64,000 bases of DNA from Longimicrobiales bacterium (GTDB lineage Bacteria > Gemmatimonadota > Gemmatimonadetes > Longimicrobiales > Gaopeijiaceae). Under the pieces are notes generated by a model. The model saw only the letters and a list, made by a program, of their open reading frames with translations, was not told where the DNA came from and did not search any database. Location of the stretch: positions 1,056,001 to 1,120,000 of the forward strand of contig CBDAON010000004.1 of the NCBI GenBank assembly GCA_965198065.1, written 5' to 3'. Positions within the stretch are counted from its first letter, which is position 1; every line of letters begins with the position of its first letter. Of this stretch, positions 22,486 through 32,802 are shown piece by piece. Both the position numbers and the translations under genes were made by a program.

Positions 22486-23168
22486 GAGCAAGAGGCTGTC
22501 CTCGTGCCGGCGCGAAGGGACGGCGACTCGGAGCGGTCCTCGCCCTCGGCCTCCTGGGAACCCCGGGATGCGGCCTGATCTTCCCGGCGAGCTCCCGCTC
22601 GGGCGGTGGGCCTGTCGCCGACCCCGCTCCCACCGCCCCAGCGGCCACGGCCCCCGAGGAACTACCCCCCGGTCTCGGCGCGCTCCGGCAGGAGGAGATC
22701 TCGATCACGCTCCGCCGCGGGGATCTCCAGATCCGGGTGACCCCGCTCCACGAGTCCGTGATCCGCGTCACCGCGCCCGACACCTACGAGCGCCTCTCCG
22801 CCCTCGCCCGGGGGCATCAGGAGCTCTTCCGTGAACGGACCGGCACTGCCGTCCCCTTCCAACTCTTCCTGGTGTCCCTGTACACGGAGGCGCCGGAGGC
22901 CGCGTTCGAGCCGGAGGCCCTGAACCTGGTCAGCCAGGGCCTCCGATACCGACCGGCCGAAGTCCGCTCGCTCACACCCGAGTGGGAGACACGGCGCCTC
23001 CGCCCACGGGAGGCGCTCATGGCCGTCTACGCGTTCCCCGACGGGATCGACCTGGCGCAGGACCTGGAGGTCGAATATCAGGAGCTCAGGAGCCGGGACT
23101 GGAACCGGGTGCTTCCCGTGATCGAGGCGGAGCGGGCGAGGCTCAGGACCAGGCAGGTGGGCGGATAG
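22482..23168 (+). CDS. Hypothetical lipoprotein
   Basis: Basic N-terminus, hydrophobic stretch, lipobox-like TPGC; 4-bp overlap with engB. Confidence 0.65.
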   Translation: MRARGCPRAGAKGRRLGAVLALGLLGTPGCGLIFPASSRSGGGPVADPAPTAPAATAPEELPPGLGALRQEEISITLRRGDLQIRVTPLHESVIRVTAPDTYERLSALARGHQELFRERTGTAVPFQLFLVSLYTEAPEAAFEPEALNLVSQGLRYRPAEVRSLTPEWETRRLRPREALMAVYAFPDGIDLAQDLEVEYQELRSRDWNRVLPVIEAERARLRTRQVGG

Positions 23169-23185
23169 GGACGGAGGACGCCGCA

Positions 23186-23247
23186 GGGTCAGTGCAGCTA
23201 AACGCGGTTCTGAATCGAGCCTGCCGAGCGCGTTCAGGGCTCTGACC
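23186..23247. other. Long imperfect palindrome between convergent genes
   Basis: GGGTCAG...CTAAACGCG / CGCGTTCAG...CTGACCC. Confidence 0.5.
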
Positions 23248-23268
23248 CGGTGCCCCCGGGTGCGCCCC

Positions 23269-24087
23269 TCAGTGCGTCATGATCCACACGGCCACGTTCA
23301 CACCGATCGCGTACGCGTCAGGTGAGAAGAGCCTGAAGTACGAGGCGTCGTCCGCCTCCCGCTCCCACCCGTCCGCGATATCCGTGTTGTGGCTCATGAG
23401 CACGATGATGCGCCCCGCCTCGTCCATGATCGCATAGATCCGGGGGGTCGAGCTTTCCGCGCCGCGCTCGGAGGTGGAGGCGCCCGGCGACCAGAACTGG
23501 ATAGCAGTGATCTGCGGGATCTCGTCGATTCGGTAGACGATCGAGTACAACGGGTGGTCCATGGGAAGCTCCACCGGCGCGTACTCCGGAAGGACCTTCG
23601 CCATCTCCCCGGTAAACTGGGCCAGGGCACGGTCTCCCCAGAAGTCGTCGGCCCAGAGGAACCCGCCCTTGAGCAGGTAGGACCGGAGCGCTTCGACCTC
23701 CTCCGGCGTGAACCCTGCGGTGCCGGCGTCCGACGCGGCGACGAACGGGCACTGGTGGAGGCCCGGGTCCGACGGGCGGAAGACCGCGATCCCTGCCATG
23801 CCGTTCGACCACGCGCTCGGACCTGCTGTCGTCAGCTCGGCCAGACGCGTGGTGAGGTTCAAGTCGGAGCCCGGATAATCCGTGCTCCACCCGACCCCTC
23901 CCTGCTCCCGCCGGACGGACGTGTACTGGAGCCGGCAGAAGGTGAAGCCGCCCGGGCGATCGGGAAGCCCCGTCGTCACCGGCCGCCCGCCTCCCTCGCG
24001 GGACCTCCCGTAGACGAACTGAGAAAGCGCCTGGGACGGCACGAGGAGAAGAGCGACGAGCGCGACGGCGAAGGACCGCTGGATCAT
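23269..24087 (-). CDS. DUF4159-like exported protein
   Basis: Signal peptide, FTFCRLQY, WSTDYP, LRSYLLKGGFLWADDFWG, NTDIADGWE. Confidence 0.8.
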   Translation of the reverse strand: MIQRSFAVALVALLLVPSQALSQFVYGRSREGGGRPVTTGLPDRPGGFTFCRLQYTSVRREQGGVGWSTDYPGSDLNLTTRLAELTTAGPSAWSNGMAGIAVFRPSDPGLHQCPFVAASDAGTAGFTPEEVEALRSYLLKGGFLWADDFWGDRALAQFTGEMAKVLPEYAPVELPMDHPLYSIVYRIDEIPQITAIQFWSPGASTSERGAESSTPRIYAIMDEAGRIIVLMSHNTDIADGWEREADDASYFRLFSPDAYAIGVNVAVWIMTH

Positions 24088-25697
24088 TCCTGGATTCCGT
24101 ATTTCTGGATCTTCCGGTAGAGCGTCCGCTCGCCAATCCCCAGGCTCTCGGCCACCTTGCGACGGTTTCCTCCCACGTCCTTCAGGACCGCCCGAATCGC
24201 CTCCTCCTCAAGTTGCTCCATCGTCATCCCGGGACGGAACACGACGCGGCGGTCCGTCGCGGCGTTGCCCTGGCCACCCGTCGCGTCGGGCCCCGGTGCG
24301 CCGGCCTCCCGCCGGGACCACGTGCCAACCTCGACTCCCTCCGGCGCGTCGGGAAGGAGGACCACCGGCACCTCAGCCTGGCTCGCCTGACTCTCCATCC
24401 GCTCCCGATACAGCTCGAACTCACGTCGAAGCTGATCGACGTCTACTTTGAGCTCCACCATCGTTCGAAACAAGAACTCGAGCTCAGGGCGGAGCCGGCC
24501 TTGCTCGTCCGCCAGATCGCCGCCCTCCCCGGCCGGCGCCAGGGAGCGCGACATCGTGGCGGGAAGGAGGTGCCCGACGTCCCCGGGGAACCGGATCTCT
24601 CTCGGCAGATCCTCGGGCCCGATCTTCTGTCCAGGTGCCAGTACGACCATGCTCTCCACCAGGTTCCTGAGCTCCCGAACGTTCCCCGGCCAGTCGTACT
24701 CGACGAGGAGCTCCATTCCCTCGTCGGAGACGCCCGGAAACGGCCGGTCCATTCGCTCCCCGAGCTGCCGCACGAAGTGATCGACGAGTCGGGGAACGTC
24801 CTCACGGCGGTGCCTCAGCGGGGGAAGCTCGATGGAGAGGATGTTCAGACGGTAGTAAAGGTCGCGCCGGAACCGTCCGATTCGGACCAGCTCCTTCAGC
24901 GCCTGGTTGGTGGCCGCGATGATGCGGACATCCACCTGAACGGGGCTCTCGCCTCCCACCCGGATGAGCTCCTGCTGCTCCAGAACCCTGAGGAGCTTCG
25001 TCTGGGTCGAGGCGGGCGTCTCCCCGACCTCATCCAGGAAGAGCGTGCCCTTGTGGGCCAGCTCGAAGAAGCCCCGGCGGGAGTCGATGGCGCCGGTGAA
25101 CGCCCCCTTCTCGTGCCCGAACAGCTCGGACTCGAGGAGCGTCTCCGACACGGCCGCGACGTTCACGGCCAGGAAGCTCCGATGGCGCCGGGACGAGAGC
25201 GCGTGAATACCTCGTGCCACGAGCTCCTTGCCCGTCCCGGACTCCCCCGTGATCAGTGCGGTCGAGTCCACGGGCGCGATCTGGACGACCCGCTCTAGGA
25301 GCTCCCGGATCGCGTCCGATTCCCCGACGATCCCCGTGATCCTCTGGAGGTTTCGCCTCTGAACCGCGCGATGCCCGAAGAGGACGACCTCCTCGGGGTC
25401 GGGATCGGCCCCGAACGCCTCTTCCACCCCCGGCTGCCCTCCCTTTTCGACGGCGTCCGCCCCTCCGAAGCACGTGAGCACGGGGATTCCCTGTTCATCC
25501 GAGGCGGCCGCCATCCACTCGGAGATCTCCCCGGCCTCCCCCTCCCCTGTGAGGACGAGCAGAACCGGCTCGGTCGTCCCCTCGATCTGGGACGGCTCGG
25601 GAAGGAGGTCCACCGTGTATCCTCGCTTCTCGAAGGCTTCGCGGAGGGCACCGGCCACCGGGAGGCGGTGGGCGCTGATGAGGACGGTACCGGTCAT
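24084..25697 (-). CDS. Sigma-54-dependent Fis-family activator with degenerate receiver-like N-terminus
   Basis: GESGTGKE, LFGHEKGAFTGA, FLDEVGE, WPGNVREL, C-terminal LGIGERTLYRKI HTH. Confidence 0.93.
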   Translation of the reverse strand: MTGTVLISAHRLPVAGALREAFEKRGYTVDLLPEPSQIEGTTEPVLLVLTGEGEAGEISEWMAAASDEQGIPVLTCFGGADAVEKGGQPGVEEAFGADPDPEEVVLFGHRAVQRRNLQRITGIVGESDAIRELLERVVQIAPVDSTALITGESGTGKELVARGIHALSSRRHRSFLAVNVAAVSETLLESELFGHEKGAFTGAIDSRRGFFELAHKGTLFLDEVGETPASTQTKLLRVLEQQELIRVGGESPVQVDVRIIAATNQALKELVRIGRFRRDLYYRLNILSIELPPLRHRREDVPRLVDHFVRQLGERMDRPFPGVSDEGMELLVEYDWPGNVRELRNLVESMVVLAPGQKIGPEDLPREIRFPGDVGHLLPATMSRSLAPAGEGGDLADEQGRLRPELEFLFRTMVELKVDVDQLRREFELYRERMESQASQAEVPVVLLPDAPEGVEVGTWSRREAGAPGPDATGGQGNAATDRRVVFRPGMTMEQLEEEAIRAVLKDVGGNRRKVAESLGIGERTLYRKIQKYGIQE

Positions 25698-26215
25698 GTC
25701 GACCTAGAGGGGGGATGCGGGGCGTCCCGTCCCGTGAGAAGGGCGGTTCCGTGCTCGAGGAGAGGCTCGAGGGCGCGGAGCCCGTCCCCGACTCCCCCGG
25801 GGCTTCCCGGCAGGTTCACAATCAGGCACATGCCCCGAAGCCCCACCTCTCCCCGGGAGAGGACCGCTGCGGGAGTGGACGGGGCGCCCGCCCGCCGGAG
25901 CGCCTCGGCAAGCCCTACGGCAGGGCGATCGAGAACCGCTCGCGTGGCCTCGGGGGTCACGTCCCGCGGAGAGAATCCCGTGCCTCCGCTCGTGAGGAGG
26001 AGGTTCACCTCTCCCGAGTCGGTCCACTCGAGGAGGACCGGAACGATCGCGGCCGTCCCGTCGGGGACCACGGCGGAGCGCGCTATCGCGTACCCTCGGC
26101 CCTCGCACCACTCCCGGATGCGGGCCCCGCTCCGGTCCTCCGCCTCCCCTCTGGAGACCCGATCGCTCACGGTCAGGATCCCGACGCGGATCCGATCCTG
26201 CGCAGCGCCGCTCAC
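25694..26215 (-). CDS. MogA/MoaB family molybdenum cofactor biosynthesis protein
   Basis: ILTVSDR, DRSG, TSGGTGFSPRDVTPEAT, NLPGSP; GTG 26215 overlaps the gcvT stop. Confidence 0.93.
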   Translation of the reverse strand: MSGAAQDRIRVGILTVSDRVSRGEAEDRSGARIREWCEGRGYAIARSAVVPDGTAAIVPVLLEWTDSGEVNLLLTSGGTGFSPRDVTPEATRAVLDRPAVGLAEALRRAGAPSTPAAVLSRGEVGLRGMCLIVNLPGSPGGVGDGLRALEPLLEHGTALLTGRDAPHPPSRST

Positions 26216-27324
26216 TTCCGCCGGGAGCCCCGCGTGTAGAACGGCCTGGGACGCACCGACCCCCGCACGTCCCGGCCACGGATCCGGACCCAGAGCGGCG
26301 TATCCGGCGCCGAGAGCTCGACGGGTACGTACGCCATGGCGATCCCGGCTTCCAGGCACGGGCTCATCGTGCCCGAGGTCACGACGCCCACCTCCTCCCC
26401 TTCGGATACGACGGGACACCCGGCGCGCGGGAAGCCCGTGTCTTCGAGGACGATGCCGGTCAGCTTCCGCGTAGTCCCCAACTCCTTCTCGCGGGCGAGG
26501 GCCTCCCGGCCCACGAACGCCCCCTTGTCGAGCTTCACGATCCATCCCAGCCCCGACTCCAGCGCCGTGTGCTCCTCGTCCAGATCGTTCCCGTAGAGCA
26601 GGTAGCCCACCTCCAGGCGGAGCGTGTCGCGGGCGCCGAGCCCCACGGGCCGGAGTCCGTCTCGCTCACCCGAAGCGAGGAGCAACCTCCACACCGTCAC
26701 CACGTCCTCTGGGCCCAGGAAGATCTCGAAGCCATCCTCTCCGGTGTACCCCGTCCGGGCCACGAGCGCCGTGACTCCGGACACCTTCGCCCGCGCCACC
26801 CGGGACGGTCCCAGGGCCCTCAGGTCGGTGTCCACAAACGGAGCGAGGATCTCCTCGGCCCGAGGGCCCTGGAGCGCCACGAGCGCCGTCTCGTCCGAGC
26901 GATCTTCTACCGTGGCGTCGAACCTCCGCTGGTGCTCTCGGATCCACTGGACGTCCCGCTTGCGGTTCACCGCGTTCTCGACCAGAAGGAAGCCTCCCTC
27001 CGGGACCCGGTAGACGATGAGGTCGTCCAGGACCCCGCCGTCCTCCCTGCACAGCGCCGAGTACTGCGCGCGGCCCGGCTCCAGAATGGACGCGTCGTTT
27101 ACCGTGACGTGCTGGACCAAGGCGAGGGCCTCGGGGCCTTCGATCCAGACTTCCCCCATGTGGGACACGTCGAAGAGCCCCGCCGACCTCCGCACGACCC
27201 GGTGCTCGGCCTGGATGCCCGACCGATACTGGACGGGCATCGTGTATCCCGCGAACGGGATCATCCTGGCCCCGAGCCGAACGTGCTCCTCGTGGAGCGG
27301 AGTCGTTCGGAGCGCCCCGCTCAT
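26212..27324 (-). CDS. gcvT: Glycine cleavage system aminomethyltransferase T
   Basis: PFAGYTMPVQY, GLFDVSHMGE, RTGYTGEDGFE, GLGARDTLRLE. Confidence 0.97.
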   Translation of the reverse strand: MSGALRTTPLHEEHVRLGARMIPFAGYTMPVQYRSGIQAEHRVVRRSAGLFDVSHMGEVWIEGPEALALVQHVTVNDASILEPGRAQYSALCREDGGVLDDLIVYRVPEGGFLLVENAVNRKRDVQWIREHQRRFDATVEDRSDETALVALQGPRAEEILAPFVDTDLRALGPSRVARAKVSGVTALVARTGYTGEDGFEIFLGPEDVVTVWRLLLASGERDGLRPVGLGARDTLRLEVGYLLYGNDLDEEHTALESGLGWIVKLDKGAFVGREALAREKELGTTRKLTGIVLEDTGFPRAGCPVVSEGEEVGVVTSGTMSPCLEAGIAMAYVPVELSAPDTPLWVRIRGRDVRGSVRPRPFYTRGSRRK

Positions 27325-28319
27325 CCCCGCGCGCGACCGAGCAGGAAGAGGAGGAGCGCCTTTTGCGCGTGAAGGCGATTCTCGGCTTCTCCAAGCACAC
27401 GCGAACGGGGACCGTCCAGGACCTCGGCCGTGACCTCCTTCCCGCGGTAGGCCGGAAGGCAGTGGAGGAAAATCGTGTCGGAGCGGGCCTTCCCGAGGAG
27501 CGCCGCATCCACGCAGTAGGATCGGAACGCCGTCGCGCGAGCCTGCCGTTCGGCCTCCTGCCCCATGGACGCCCACACGTCGGTGGTGACCACGTGGGCA
27601 CCGTCCACCGCCTCGGCCGGATCCCGGACGAGCCGCACCCTACCCTCGCCCACCGCACGCTCCAAGATGCCCGGATCGGGATCGTATCCCTCCGGCACGG
27701 CGAGCCGGAAGTCGAACCCGAGGAGCGCCGCCGCGTTCAGCCACGAGCTCGCCACATTGTTCCCGTCCCCAATCCAAGCCACCACGAGCTCGTCCAGCCC
27801 CGCACCGAACTCCTCCCGCACTGTGAGCAGGTCGGCGAGTAGCTGGCAGGGGTGGACGAGGTCGGTGAGGCCGTTGATCACCGGCACGGAGGCGTGCGTC
27901 GCGAGCTCCTCGGCCTCCGCGTGAGCGAATGTTCGGATCATGATGGCGTCCACGTACCGAGAGAGCACGCGCGCCGTGTCCCCAACCGACTCCCCCCGCC
28001 CCATCTGGCTGTCCCGGTCCGAAAGAAAGACCGCGTGCCCACCCAACTGGAACATCCCGACCTCGAACGAGACGCGTGTGCGCGTCGAGTGCTTGCGGAA
28101 GATCATCCCTAGGGACTTCCCGGCCAGGGGAGCGCCGGTGCCCTCCTTGCCCGCTTTCAGCCGTGATGCCCGCTCGAGGAGCCCTGTGAGCTCTTCGGCG
28201 CTCACGTCCCGGAGGGAGAGAAAGTGCCTCGGCGGAGCGGCCGCGGGTGCGGACGGACGGGGCGAGCGCTTCTGGACCGGCAAGGGCATCGACGACGAGC
28301 GCTTCGGCGAACCGCTCAC
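27321..28319 (-). CDS. argF: Ornithine carbamoyltransferase
   Basis: STRT, HPCQ, WASMG, HCLP. Confidence 0.96.
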   Translation of the reverse strand: MSGSPKRSSSMPLPVQKRSPRPSAPAAAPPRHFLSLRDVSAEELTGLLERASRLKAGKEGTGAPLAGKSLGMIFRKHSTRTRVSFEVGMFQLGGHAVFLSDRDSQMGRGESVGDTARVLSRYVDAIMIRTFAHAEAEELATHASVPVINGLTDLVHPCQLLADLLTVREEFGAGLDELVVAWIGDGNNVASSWLNAAALLGFDFRLAVPEGYDPDPGILERAVGEGRVRLVRDPAEAVDGAHVVTTDVWASMGQEAERQARATAFRSYCVDAALLGKARSDTIFLHCLPAYRGKEVTAEVLDGPRSRVLGEAENRLHAQKALLLFLLGRARG

Positions 28320-29833
28320 AGGATGTACCTCCGGAGATCCTCGTCCTCGACGATCGAGGCCAGCTGCCCCCGGACGAAGTCACGATTCACTACCGTGTCT
28401 CCGGGATGCTGTCCATCCGGAAGGTCGAAGAGCACGTCCTCGAGTAGCGTGGTCATCACTGTCTGGAGCCTTCGCGCACCGATGTTCTCCATGCGCTGAT
28501 TCAGGAGGAACGCGATCCGCGCCAGCTCCCGCACGCCGTCTTCTTCGAAGAGGAGGCTCGCGCCCTCCGCCTCCACGAGCGCGCTGTACTGATGGATGAG
28601 GGCGTTCTTGGGCTCGGTCAGGATCCGGACGAAGTCGGCTTCCTCGAGAGACCGGAGCTCGACCCGGATGGGGAAACGCCCCTGAAGCTCCGGGATCAGA
28701 TCCGAGGGCTTGGAGACGTGGAACGCGCCAGCCGCGATGAAGAGCACGTGGTCGGTCCGCACGAGGCCGTACTTCGTCTGGACGTTTGATCCCTCCACGA
28801 TGGGAAGCAGATCCCGCTGCACGCCCTCGCGGCTCACGTCGGGCCCCACGCTCCCCCGCGTCCCGGCGATCTTGTCGATCTCGTCCAGGAAGATGATGCC
28901 GGTTTCCTCGGCCCGGTCGAGCGCCTCGTTCACGACCTCCTCCATGTCCACGAGCCGGTCCAGCTCCTCCTGGACGAGGATCCTCCGGGCCTCGGACACC
29001 CGAACGGACCGCTTCTTCGAGCGCTTCGGGAGCATGTCCTGGAGCATCTCGAAAAAGTTGTGGTCCATCCCCTCCTGACCCCCCATCGGGAGCATCATCC
29101 CCTCGAGGTTCGGCGTCTGCTGGACCTCCACGTCCACCCAGCGATCGTCGAGCTTCTCCTCGCGAAGTAGCTTTCGGAGCTTCTCGCGCGTGCGGGAGCG
29201 TCGCTCGTGGAGCGCTGAGCTCTCGCCCTTCTCCCCGTCGGCTCCTGCGACCCGCTCCGACTCGGGCGGCGGCCCCCCCCCGGCCGCGCTCACGCCCCTC
29301 GGACCCGCGACGAATCCCACCGGCACGCGCCCCTGGGGCTTCCCTCCCGCCTCCTCGGCCTGCACCGGAGGAAGGAGGAGGTCCAGGAGCCGCTCCTCGG
29401 CCGCCTGGTCGGCGGCCTCGGCCATGTCGTCCTCCCGCTCGGCCCGGACCATGTTCACGGAGATGTCCACGAGGTCCCGGATCATGGACTCGACGTCACG
29501 GCCCACGTAGCCGACCTCGGTAAACTTCGAGGCCTCCACCTTGACGAAGGGAGCTCCCGCGAGCCGAGCGAGCCTCCGGGCGATCTCCGTCTTCCCCACG
29601 CCGGTGGGTCCGATCAAGATCAGGTTGTTCGGGAGGATCTCCTCGCGGAGGTCCTCCTCGACGCGCTGCCGCCGCCACCGGTTCCTGAGCGAGATGGCCA
29701 CCGCCCTCTTCGCGGCCTTCTGCCCGATGATGTAACGGTCGAGCTCGGACACGATCTGGCGCGGGGTGAGCTCGTCCATCCAGCCCTCCTCGGCGCGCGG
29801 CTCCGAAGCGGCGAGCGCCTCCTCCACGCTCAT
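28316..29833 (-). CDS. hslU: HslU ATPase subunit
   Basis: [50 protein letters not shown]-terminal RYIL. Confidence 0.98.
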   Translation of the reverse strand: MSVEEALAASEPRAEEGWMDELTPRQIVSELDRYIIGQKAAKRAVAISLRNRWRRQRVEEDLREEILPNNLILIGPTGVGKTEIARRLARLAGAPFVKVEASKFTEVGYVGRDVESMIRDLVDISVNMVRAEREDDMAEAADQAAEERLLDLLLPPVQAEEAGGKPQGRVPVGFVAGPRGVSAAGGGPPPESERVAGADGEKGESSALHERRSRTREKLRKLLREEKLDDRWVDVEVQQTPNLEGMMLPMGGQEGMDHNFFEMLQDMLPKRSKKRSVRVSEARRILVQEELDRLVDMEEVVNEALDRAEETGIIFLDEIDKIAGTRGSVGPDVSREGVQRDLLPIVEGSNVQTKYGLVRTDHVLFIAAGAFHVSKPSDLIPELQGRFPIRVELRSLEEADFVRILTEPKNALIHQYSALVEAEGASLLFEEDGVRELARIAFLLNQRMENIGARRLQTVMTTLLEDVLFDLPDGQHPGDTVVNRDFVRGQLASIVEDEDLRRYIL

Positions 29834-30423
29834 CCCTTCGCCTCCGTGTCCTGGGTACCGGTCACCTCGCGCGCCTCTCCGCTCACGAGTTCCAGAATCG
29901 TGATCCGGTCGTTCGAGTAGATGCAGATCTGCGCCGCGATCTCCAGCGCGTCCCGAACGATCTCGGTCGGCCCGAGCTCGGTCCGGAGGCGGAGCGCCCT
30001 GGCGGCGGCGAACGCGAACGACCCGCCCGACCCGATCGCGGCGACGTCCTCGTCCGGTTCCAGGACGTTCCCGTCCCCACTCACCACGAAGAGATGCTCC
30101 TCGTCGGCAACGAGGAGGAGCGCGTCGAGCCGGCGGAGGTACCGATCCGTACGCCAGTCCTTCGCGAGCTCGACACACGCCCGGGTGAGGTTCCCCGGAA
30201 AACGTTCGAGCTTCTCCTCCAGCTTTTCAAACAGGGTGAACGCGTCCGCGACTCCGCCTGCGAACCCGGCCAGGATCCGCCCGCCCTTCAGCGTCCGCAC
30301 TTTGGTTGCGGTCCCCTTCACGACCGTGTCCCCCATCGTGACCTGGCCGTCAGCCCCCATCGCCACCCTGCCGTTGCTCCGAACGGCGACCACGGTGGTC
30401 CCGTGGATTCTGGGACGCTTCAT
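29830..30423 (-). CDS. hslV: HslV protease subunit
   Basis: HG-TT N-terminal nucleophile, DGQVT, GFAG, AIGSGG, ICIYSN. Confidence 0.97.
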   Translation of the reverse strand: MKRPRIHGTTVVAVRSNGRVAMGADGQVTMGDTVVKGTATKVRTLKGGRILAGFAGGVADAFTLFEKLEEKLERFPGNLTRACVELAKDWRTDRYLRRLDALLLVADEEHLFVVSGDGNVLEPDEDVAAIGSGGSFAFAAARALRLRTELGPTEIVRDALEIAAQICIYSNDRITILELVSGEAREVTGTQDTEAKG

Positions 30424-30465
30424 CTCGCCTCCCCAGGCATCGCCGGCATCGACCACCGTCCCAAG

Positions 30466-31383
30466 TCAGGCCCTCGGGTGGGCATCCTTGTACACACGCT
30501 GGAGGCGCTCCCGGGACGTGTGGGCGTAAATCCGCGTCGTGGACAGGGACGCGTGTCCGAGGAGCTCCTTCACGGCCATCAGATCCGCGCCCTGGTCCAG
30601 CAGATGAGTGGCGAAAGAGTGTCGGAGCGAGTGGACGCTCACCCCGTCGGACTCTCCGGCGACCGCGAACAGGTCCGCCACGTGCCGCTGGATGGTCCTC
30701 GCGGAAAGCCGCCGGCCCCCGTCGTTCACGAAGAGAGGCCCCCGATACGGGCTCTCGGAGACGTCGGCCCGGCGAGACTCGTAACGACCCAACGCGGCCA
30801 CGGCCGAGGCGGTCAGGGGAACGATGCGCTCCTTTCGCCCCTTCCCCCTCACCTTCACCTGCCCGGTGATGTAGTCCAGCTCGTCCACGTTCATCCCCTG
30901 GAGCTCCGACAGGCGGAGGCCGCTCCCGTAGAACAGCTCGAGCATCGCGAGCAGACGTGTACCCCGGAGGGTGTTCTCTTGCGCCGCGGTCTCGGCCAGC
31001 CGGAACAGACCCTCCGTGGACCGCCGCTGCAAGTAGGCGGGGAGACGCCGAGCGCCCCGCGCCTGGCGGATCCCGCGCGCGGGGTTAGTGGGGATCCGAC
31101 CCTCTCCGTGGAGGAAGTGGAAGAAGGAGCGGACGCCCGAGAGCTTCCGCGCGATAGTTCGCTTGGCGAGGCCTCGGGCCGAGCACCATCCGAGGAAGCT
31201 CCGGAGCGAGAGCCGGTCCACGCGGGACCACGCCCAATCCGGTGTCCCGTAGTACTCGACGAGGAACCGCTCCAGGTCGTTCAGGTCCTGCCGATAGGCT
31301 CCCACGGTTCGAGGGGAAAGCTGGCGCTCGTCGGCGAGGTGGCGGAGGAAGAGCGCGGCCTCGCTTCGGGGCGAGGCGGTCAC
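30466..31383 (-). CDS. xerC: Tyrosine recombinase XerC
   Basis: YGSGLRLSE, GKGRKER, HSLRHSFATHLL, LGHASLSTTRIY; housekeeping topA-trmFO-xerC-hslVU context. Confidence 0.92.
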   Translation of the reverse strand: MTASPRSEAALFLRHLADERQLSPRTVGAYRQDLNDLERFLVEYYGTPDWAWSRVDRLSLRSFLGWCSARGLAKRTIARKLSGVRSFFHFLHGEGRIPTNPARGIRQARGARRLPAYLQRRSTEGLFRLAETAAQENTLRGTRLLAMLELFYGSGLRLSELQGMNVDELDYITGQVKVRGKGRKERIVPLTASAVAALGRYESRRADVSESPYRGPLFVNDGGRRLSARTIQRHVADLFAVAGESDGVSVHSLRHSFATHLLDQGADLMAVKELLGHASLSTTRIYAHTSRERLQRVYKDAHPRA

Positions 31384-32792
31384 CGGAGCGCTCCCTCGCC
31401 GCGCGCGCGCACCCTCCCGTCCCGGGTCCTCACCTGCTCGGGCTCCGTCGGCTGCTCGCCCGGGGCCACGGCGGGCCCGCCGATCCCGGCTTCATGCATC
31501 CAGGCCCGGAAGTCGCGGCACGCCCGCTCCGCCAGCCGTTCCCGCTTCCGCTTCTTGTCCCGGACTTCCTTCTCGAGCGGATCGACGAGCCCCCAGTTCG
31601 AGTTCATTGGCTGGAAGTGCTTCGGGTCGCTCTCGCCGAGATAACGGTAGAGGCCGCCGAGCATGGTGGTCGGCGGGGGGAGAGCGGGCGGCTGGCCGGC
31701 GAGCACGCGGTCCAGGTTGACCGCCGCGAGGATCCCCGAGGCGGCGGATTCCGTGTACCCCTCCACGCCCGTGAGCTGTCCCGCGAAAATGGCGTCCGGC
31801 CGCTCGCGGAGCGCTCCGTGGACGCTCAGGCGTCCCGGAAAGTTCAGGTACGAGTTTCGATGGATGGCCCCGAACCGGAGGAACTCGGCCTCATGGAGCC
31901 CCGGGATCGTCCGGAAGACCCGCTTCTGCTCGCCGATCCGGAGCCGGGTCTGAAAGCCCACGAGGTTCCACATCTGGCCCGCACGGTCCTCACGCCGGAG
32001 CTGGACGACCGCGTACGGACGGCGGCCCGTCCTCGGATCCTCGAGACCGAGCGGCTTCATGGGGCCGAAGCGGAGGGTATCCTCTCCGCGCCTGGCGAGA
32101 ACCTCGATCGGAAGGCACCCCTCGAAGTACGGGACCTGGTCCCAGTCGTGCCCGCCCTCGTGGACGTCCGCTTCCACGATGGCCTGGACGAAGCTCCGAT
32201 ACTCTTCCTTCGAGAACGGGCAGTTCAGGTAATCCGGATCCTGTTCGAAGCGCCCCTGCTCGAAGACGACGCTCCGGTCCAGCGTGTCCCCACCCACGAT
32301 GGGAGCGATGGCGTCGAAGAAGCAAAGCCCGTCGTCACCGAGCGCTCGTCGGATCGAATCCGAGAGCGCGTCCGACGTCAGCGGGCCGGTCGCGACGACG
32401 ACGGGGCCGTCAGGAAGCTCCCTGGCTTCCTCCCGGGCGAGCTCGATCTCCGGACGGCCCTTCACGGCGCGGGTCATCGCGGCCGAGAAGAGGCGACGGT
32501 CCACCGCCAGAGCCTGGCCCGCCGGGACCCGAGTCTCTGCGGCCGAGCGGAGGAGGACGGACCCCAGGGCCGCCATCTCCCACTTGAGCTGCCCGTGAGC
32601 GGTGGTCGGATCCTCGCTCTTGAACGAGTTCGTGCAAACGAGCTCGCCCAGGTCCCCGGTCTGGTGCGCCGGCGTGGCCCGCCCAGGGCGCATCTCGAGC
32701 AGCCGAACCCGGTAACCCCGTTCGGCCAACTGGACCGCAGCCTCGCATCCGGCGAGCCCGCCTCCCACCACAGTCACGCCCTTCTCACCCAC
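31380..32792 (-). CDS. trmFO: tRNA (uracil-5-)-methyltransferase TrmFO
   Basis: VVGGGLAGCEAA, ELVCTNSF, FGPMKPLGL, NLVGFQT, AGQLTGVEGY. Start is 32792 or 32810. Confidence 0.96.
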   Translation of the reverse strand: MGEKGVTVVGGGLAGCEAAVQLAERGYRVRLLEMRPGRATPAHQTGDLGELVCTNSFKSEDPTTAHGQLKWEMAALGSVLLRSAAETRVPAGQALAVDRRLFSAAMTRAVKGRPEIELAREEARELPDGPVVVATGPLTSDALSDSIRRALGDDGLCFFDAIAPIVGGDTLDRSVVFEQGRFEQDPDYLNCPFSKEEYRSFVQAIVEADVHEGGHDWDQVPYFEGCLPIEVLARRGEDTLRFGPMKPLGLEDPRTGRRPYAVVQLRREDRAGQMWNLVGFQTRLRIGEQKRVFRTIPGLHEAEFLRFGAIHRNSYLNFPGRLSVHGALRERPDAIFAGQLTGVEGYTESAASGILAAVNLDRVLAGQPPALPPPTTMLGGLYRYLGESDPKHFQPMNSNWGLVDPLEKEVRDKKRKRERLAERACRDFRAWMHEAGIGGPAVAPGEQPTEPEQVRTRDGRVRARGEGALR

Positions 32793-32802
32793 CGACCTCT
32801 TT

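Noticed and set aside
30466..31383. Tyrosine recombinase as a mobile-element integrase or pilin invertase
   Set aside because: Size, motifs and the topA-trmFO-xerC-hslVU context fit chromosomal XerC. The pilins are in direct, not inverted, orientation.
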